Assembly: GCA_964016885.1 (NCBI GenBank)
Contig: OZ024755.1
Location: 32,178,001-32,242,000, forward strand
DNA: 64,000 nucleotides
Source: Eledone cirrhosa
Taxonomy: Eukaryota
Reading direction: 5' to 3'
In this document: piece after piece, positions 59,101 through 64,000 of the stretch
How the letters are laid out: every line of letters starts with the position of its first letter
Position numbering within the stretch: position 1 is the first letter of the stretch
Program-made: the position numbers and the translations under genes
Notes under the pieces: generated by a model
Told to the model about the DNA's origin: nothing
Seen by the model: the letters and a program-made list of their open reading frames with translations, nothing else
The model's database searches: none

Positions 59101-59227
59101 CAATCAACTGCACTCTCACTTCATCTTTATTGGCTGTTCTAGCGAGGAGTTTTCTTATTTTTATATGTATTCAATCAACTGCACTCTCACTTCATCTTGA
59201 TCAGAGATAACATTGTTCTAATTCAAA

Positions 59228-59422
59228 TTATAATAAATGTTTCTATTTCTGGCACAAATCCAGCAATTTTAAAGGGAGGCAAAAGTCAATTAAATCAACC
59301 CCAGTGTGAAGGAAAGGCAAAGCTAACCCCAACAGGACTTCAACTCAGAATGTAAAGGGCCGTACCTCTATGCTGCAAAGCATTTTGTTCAACCCTCTAC
59401 CAATACTATCAATCCCTCACCC
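59228..59422 (-). mobile_element. tRNA-like SINE, diverged copy with internal deletion
   Basis: Reverse complement GGGTGAGGGATTGATAGTATTGGTAGAGGG...CTGAGTTGAAGTCC...CTTTGCCTTTC...TTGTGCCAGAAATAGAAACATTTATT aligns with the two + copies downstream. Confidence 0.8.
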
Positions 59423-59423
59423 T

Positions 59424-59438
59424 ATCTATATATATATA
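59424..59438. repeat. Short (TA)n microsatellite
   Basis: ATCTATATATATATA. Confidence 0.6.
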
Positions 59439-59769
59439 GCAACATATATTTGTTAATTATGAAATATATTTTCGGAATGTAATCATAAATAAAATAATTT
59501 AGATGATAACATTAAATTTGGATAACAAAAATATTAACTGTGACTGTATCTGGAAAGAATAATGATTTTTTTTATATTTTGGGAGGGTCATATTGTCCTA
59601 ATATTGCCAGAAAATTAGTAAAACACATTCACTGTTTGGTTTGGTTTTCGCTTCAGTTTCAGTATATATTCTTTATATTTCTATAAATATGTCTCAAAGT
59701 TCTTTTGTCACACGTTTGTGTGACATCGTCAATAATTATTGTTGTGTTTCTATAATGTTTTTCTTTGTT

Positions 59770-59900
59770 GTCTCTGTGGATGCATTTGTGTGCATGCATT
59801 CTGTTTGGTGTGTGCTTGTATGTTCATGTCTGAGTCTGCATGTGTTTATGTGTTTATATTCTATCTTTGATCACTAGTGTGTGTTTGTGTATGGTTGTTA
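59770..59900. repeat. Degenerate TG-rich low-complexity tract
   Basis: TGTGTGCATG...GTGTGTGCTTGTATG...GTGTGTGTTTGTGTATG. Confidence 0.55.
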
Positions 59901-60517
59901 CTATTCCACTCGTGTTTTCTGTTCTGCCTAGGTTTTCTTAATTCTATTTCTGTAGCCTCCCTAATTTGTCTAAGTATCGAGTCATTTCTATGTTGTCAAT
60001 TTTACTATCATGTTTTAGTCTGGCATGTTCATATAGTACTGAATTATCTTTTTGTCCTTTTAGTTCACTCCAGTGTGTTTAATATATATTTAGTCAATGT
60101 TACTTTATGAGATATAAAACATTATACTACAATGCCACACTTTTTTTTAGCAAGTATATAAATATTTACCATTTATTAAGACAGATGTCTATATTAGAAT
60201 AATGTAAATGCATAAACAGGATTTCAACTCTTAACGTCCTGTAGATGTTTTAGCAGAAAATATCTATAAACTGGTTTGTTTGCAGTAAAGACTTTAATTT
60301 TTAATGTGATGCAGTCATAGTGCTGTTTTGTACTTTTAAAGAATGATTTGCTAATACAGTTTCATGTTGTACACAACGTTAAGAGATAATAAACATTTTA
60401 AGTCATCTAATGGTATATAGATTTTTAATGAAAAAGTCTTTTATGTTATCAAATATTTATAAAAATATATTGAACTGTTGTAAAACAACTGTATTTGTTA
60501 GTTTATGTGGTCATTAG

Positions 60518-60568
60518 AAAAACAAAATCAAAAACAAAACACAGACAAAACAAACAAACACAAAAAAA
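60518..60568. repeat. (A3-4C)n low-complexity tract
   Basis: AAAAACAAAATCAAAAACAAAACACAGACAAAACAAACAAACACAAAAAAA. Confidence 0.65.
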
Positions 60569-61077
60569 TCATGTTGTAGAGTGATGGTAGGCATTGATTG
60601 TTCATATTTAACTTTTGCCATGAAAATTTTTATGGTTTTATTTCATGTCCAAAGTTTTACATCTCTGTGGGCTTCAATACTGCAACAATCAAAGCATTAT
60701 ATTGAAATACACTTTTGGTTAGATTTTAACATAATTTAAATTAATTAATGATTTTTAGAAACAGACTTTTATCTGCAGAGGTTGTTGCAACAGAAATAAG
60801 ATAACCAATGTGCTCTGCTATATAAAAACAAGTTTTATTTTAATATGTGCATTTACACATACGTTTTAAAACAATTTGTCATTTTAGAAAACAATTTAAA
60901 ATATAAATTTTCTTTTCAGTTTTTTAAAATTTTTTTTTTTAATTTCAGTATTATACTTGTTGATAATTTTACAATATTTAATTGAATTTTTGTGCATGTT
61001 TTGATTTTTTCTCTACATAACAGTAATTCAGCAGGTGAAATTAGAAAATATTAATAACTTTGTTGCATTATTAGTAA

Positions 61078-61251
61078 ATTGGCAGTATCGGTAGAGGGTA
61101 GGATATGCTTTCCAGCATAGTTACGTCCCTTTACGATCTGAGTTCAATTCCCGCCGAGGTTTACTTTGCCTTTCATCCTTACGGGGTCGATAAAATAAAG
61201 TACCAGTAATGTACTGGGATAATTGCTGGCCTTGTGCCAAAAGTAGAAACA
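61078..61251 (+). mobile_element. tRNA-like SINE (Nin/Deu-type core) with 11-bp target-site duplication
   Basis: A-box-like TGGCAGTATCGG, B-box-like GAGTTCAATTCC, core CTTTGCCTTTCATCCTTACGGGGTCGATAAAATAAAGTACCAG. ATTATTAGTAA flanks it at 61067-61077 and 61252-61262. Family name is from recall. Confidence 0.88.
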
Positions 61252-61748
61252 ATTATTAGTAATTTAAAAAAAATATTTTAAAGATAATGGTTTATATAAT
61301 ATATATGATTTACAAAAGAAACAAATAAACGTTTGAAGGAAAACCACAGAGAAATCGAACATGTTCAGTTATGGCAATGTTGGTGTGTCTCTTTAAATAT
61401 TTGTGAGGCAAGTCAAGACACTTGTGGCATTGCCATGGGTGATAGCATTGCTAAAACACTGGAACAGCCAAGTACCCTCATATGTTTTAAGCTATATTAG
61501 CAACCTTAACTATAATAAAGGGAAGAGCGCAGGACTGCGTCCAGAATATATTTTTTTTATCCCATTTGTAAAATAAGTTGGATTACTTTGAATAAATAAC
61601 GAATGAATATTACATAATTTATCTACTAAATTTCGTAACTCTTGATTAAATATAAATAATTTTTTGTTTATTTTAAGATTCACTTTTGTACAATTTTCAA
61701 ATGTCAACACTTCCGGTTAGTGTCAATTATATTATAACATTTATTTAA

Positions 61749-61930
61749 GGGCGGTGGATTGGCAGAATTGGTAGAGGATCGGACGCCATGCTTTGCAGCA
61801 CAGTTTACGGATTGCGTTCAAATCCCGCCGAGGTTAACTTTGCCTTTCATCCTTACGGGGTCGATAAAATAAAGCACCAGTAATACACTGGGATAATTGC
61901 TTGCCTTGTGCCAAAAGTAGAAACAATTAT
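61749..61930 (+). mobile_element. tRNA-like SINE, same family
   Basis: GGGCGGTGGATTGGCAGAATTGG...GTTCAAATCCCGCCGAGG, followed by a ~95-bp 3' part nearly identical to the 61078 copy. CAATTATATTATA at 61724-61736 and 61924-61936 is a possible target-site duplication. Confidence 0.88.
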
Positions 61931-62289
61931 ATTATATTGCGTTGCTTATATAAACATTCATATCTTTCGGTCGCTAATTTTCTCCTAATATATAATATCG
62001 TCTTTTTTTAAAATGTATCATGGATTACTTTATTGATTACAGAAGAGAGTGTAATGCAGACTTCATTCAATTTCTGTGTATATTGTCAATTACGATTCAT
62101 TTGATGTATCATATCGATATGCATATATACTTGCGTATAATATCAATATGTACTCTACACATGCTGGCAGAAAACAACCCGAAGGGTGGTTTTTCTACTT
62201 TTCCAAAGAAAAGTACATACACAGTGAATAAAAAAAAATACTAGCTCCATTTATATTTTTGTGTACATTATACATTTTTTGACAAAAAC

Positions 62290-62531
62290 TTATGAAAACC
62301 TGAATACATTTAGTTCTTCTTCCACATATTCCTGAGAGGGTCGTGGGGGCAGAGCCCTCAAACACCCCCTCCAGCAGGTCCTGTCAGAAGCAACTGTCTT
62401 CAACTGATCCAGATGGATCCCTAAGTGTGACCAGCCAAGCTCATGGATGTTATCCAACCATGTTGCTCGGGATCCACCCCTGGGTCTTTCGCCGGTTGGT
62501 TTTGCCCGTAAAATCTGTCAATTCTTTCCTG
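62290..62531 (-). mobile_element. 3' fragment of an RTE-clade LINE (Expander/Rex3-like ORF C-terminus)
   Basis: Manual translation of 62517..62290 gives QILRAKPTGERPRGGSRATWLDNIHELGWSHLGIHLDQLKTVASDRTCWRGCLRALPPRPSQE..., which matches the RTE C-terminal pattern GxRPRGRPRxxWxD...LGI...VAxDRxxW...LPPRP. Confidence 0.8.
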
Positions 62532-62575
62532 TTCAAACAATATATCAAAGAATCGCTGTCTTCTGATGTTTCTGT

Positions 62576-63160
62576 TCAGAGTTGCAGCTCATGTTCCAAG
62601 TGATCTGCATTTGAATCCATGCATCTTTTGAGACGCATAATAAAGTTTACATCTTTACAAACAGACCTAGAGAGGGCTCTCTTCTCCTCCTTGATGTTTT
62701 CCCTTAGTTCAGTGATGGTCCTGGGTTTGTTGACATACCTTATTCTTCAGATAGCCCCCCTCCCCCACCACCAAAGAAAGAAATGTGGACATAGACCAGG
62801 ACTGGGAGGTGGAGGTGTGTGTGGTGGGGGGGGGGGCACTCAAGATCAGTCTTCAAACTGATCATACGGTTTCCAAAGTTATTTTTCAACCATTTTCATA
62901 ACACATGATCTGTAATTCCTTTTTAAGTCTTCCTTTGTAACTGACACCAGAAGTGACAGATGAATGACCAATCAACACTCTCTTAGAAATGGCTGCCCAA
63001 ATGGAGAGGTTTCACAGTCACTTCAGTGGGTTTCTCTGACTCCCAGAACATATTGTTCTTAGAGTTGATCTTCTTCTCTAACTGAACGTTTGTCAGAGGT
63101 CTGCAGAAAATTGGGGTTGTTTTCTTTCTTCTCCAGCATTTTCTCAGCTGTACATTTTGT
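62576..63160 (-). pseudogene. Decayed Tc1/mariner-superfamily transposase (DDxD type, probably rosa/DD41D- or maT-like), frameshifted and internally deleted
   Basis: Minus-strand pieces occur in the expected order: EKMLEKKENNPNFLQTSD, QLEKKINSKNNMFWESEKPTEVTVKPLH, WAAISKRVLIG, WLKNNFGNRMISLKTDLECPP, SPGLCPHFFLW, GYLKNKV, VNKPRTITELRENIKEEKRALSRSVCKDVNFIMRLKRCMDSNADHLEHELQL*. These correspond to the SDE..VN..N...W..E.P and WPPRSPDL.P.DFFLWGYLK..VY..KP motifs. Confidence 0.88.
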
Positions 63161-63182
63161 CTTGGTCATAAGAACTCATGGA

Positions 63183-63289
63183 TGTTATCCAACCATTTTA
63201 CTTGGGGTCTCCTGCCAGCGGGAATATTTGGTGGCGAGTGTCAATCCATGCCTCTTTTCTAAGTGAACTGTTCGTTTTAAAGGCAGGTC
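63183..63289. repeat. 107-bp direct repeat, copy 1
   Basis: 105/107 identical to 63854-63960 by eye. Its left end is an RTE fragment (minus strand GRPQVKWLDNIHE, 63175-63212). Confidence 0.93.
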
Positions 63290-63740
63290 CGTTTTTTAGG
63301 ATCGTCTATGGTCAAGAATGAAATAAGCAGTTTAAGGGTACATACATTTTATAGGATATCCTATGGTAAGTTAAACCATAGTCAATGCCTGCCTGGCATG
63401 CTAAATAAGCAGTACTAACCATAAGATCTCCTACAGTTAATGCCTGCCTAGCAGAACAATATGTTCTGGCGCTCAGAGAAACCCACTAAAAGCAGTTTAA
63501 GGGCATAAATTTCTCGTAGGATCCTCTACGCCCATCGAAACCATAGTCTGTGTCTACTTAGAGTGTAAAAGGAGCAGTTTAAGGACGTATACTTCTTGTA
63601 CAATCATCCAGCTAAGCCCCGGTGAAGGCCAAGTGAGGTGATTGAAGCAGTTTAAGAATGTGAACGTCTCGTAGGATCCTCTATAGCCAACTAAACCCTG
63701 GTCGATGCCATGTAAACAGTTTAAGGGTGTAAACATTTAC
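63290..63740. repeat. Diverged tandem array of ~70-83-bp units
   Basis: GCAGTTTAAG-type motif at 63327, 63409 (partial), 63492, 63574, 63647 and 63716. Recurring TAGGATCCTCTA and AAACCATAGTC.ATGCC. Confidence 0.75.
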
Positions 63741-63853
63741 GTCCATCCCTTTGGATTACCTGCGGCCAACTATACGCTGGTCAGTAGCTGAAGAAACACG
63801 TCACTAATGTTGCTGTACTATCTATCGTCTATATGGGATAAGTGATTGTTCAT

Positions 63854-63960
63854 TGTTATCCAATCATTTTACTTGGGGTCTCCTGCCAGCGGGAATATTT
63901 GGTGGCGAGTGTCAATCCATGCCTCCTTTCTAAGTGAACTGTTCGTTTTAAAGGCAGGTC
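63854..63960. repeat. 107-bp direct repeat, copy 2
   Basis: TGTTATCCAATCATTTTACTTGGGG...TTTTAAAGGCAGGTC matches 63183-63289. Confidence 0.93.
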
Positions 63961-64000
63961 TATTTATGAATATATAGAAACAGAATGAGAGTGGGGTAAC

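Larger units (their letters stand above)
1..59198. repeat. 71-bp satellite DNA array (~830 monomers, seven blocks of alternating orientation), open at the left window edge
   Basis: Continuous tandem copies of TATTCAATCAACTGCACTCTCACTTCATCTTTATTGGCTGTTCTAGCGAGGAGTTTTCTTATTTTTATATG or its reverse complement. No foreign insertions seen. Ends at ...CACTTCATCTT|GATCAG. Confidence 0.99.
33759..59198 (+). repeat. Satellite block G (+ orientation, ~358 monomers, 25.4 kb)
   Basis: + monomers with characteristic variants TTTAACGGCTG, GAGGTGCTTTC, GGGTGTCCTAG and GGCCGTTC. Confidence 0.98.

Noticed and set aside
1-59198. CRISPR-like repeat/variable pattern
   Set aside because: The variable part is ~8 bp, related to the consensus by point changes and reused many times. 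There are no unique spacers or cas genes, and the context is eukaryotic.
59641-60110. Two hydrophobic ORFs (78 and 77 aa)
   Set aside because: They come from TG/T-rich low-complexity DNA, have non-ATG starts and show no recognisable domain.
61078-61930. Possible tRNA genes (A/B boxes)
   Set aside because: No convincing cloverleaf was seen. The heads are fused to a shared SINE body and tail.
61510-62244. Short ORFs of 66 and 74 aa
   Set aside because: They are AT-rich chance ORFs with no recognisable motif.
62343-62861. + strand ORFs of 86 and 80 aa
   Set aside because: They are antisense shadows of the minus-strand RTE and transposase relics.
63780-63810. CTGAAGA as a hammerhead ribozyme core
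   Set aside because: No separate stem II and GAAA follow the motif, and the flanking helices are not evident.
63183-63960. Canonical LTR retrotransposon
   Set aside because: No CA end, primer-binding site, target-site duplication or gag/pol remnant could be identified. It is kept only as an unclassified direct-repeat unit.

Overview
This window is eukaryotic, AT-rich and non-coding. Bases 1-59198 are one satellite array of about 830 monomers of 71 bp (consensus TATTCAATCAACTGCACTCTCACTTCATCTTTATTGGCTGTTCTAGCGAGGAGTTTTCTTATTTTTATATG). The array switches strand six times, giving seven blocks. Five of the six junctions are copies of only two original breakpoints, so a segment containing both orientations was itself amplified. 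Nested tandem duplications of 7 to more than 140 monomers are visible, and variation is concentrated in a short stretch at the single consensus CpG. The array ends abruptly at 59198. The remaining 4.8 kb holds three copies of a tRNA-like SINE (recalled as resembling Octopus Nin/Deu-domain SINEs, unverified), the 3' end of an RTE-clade LINE, a decayed Tc1/mariner transposase, and a 778-bp unit made of 107-bp direct repeats around a diverged ~82-bp array. No intact gene is supported, and the satellite ORFs are repeat artefacts. All comparisons were done by eye.
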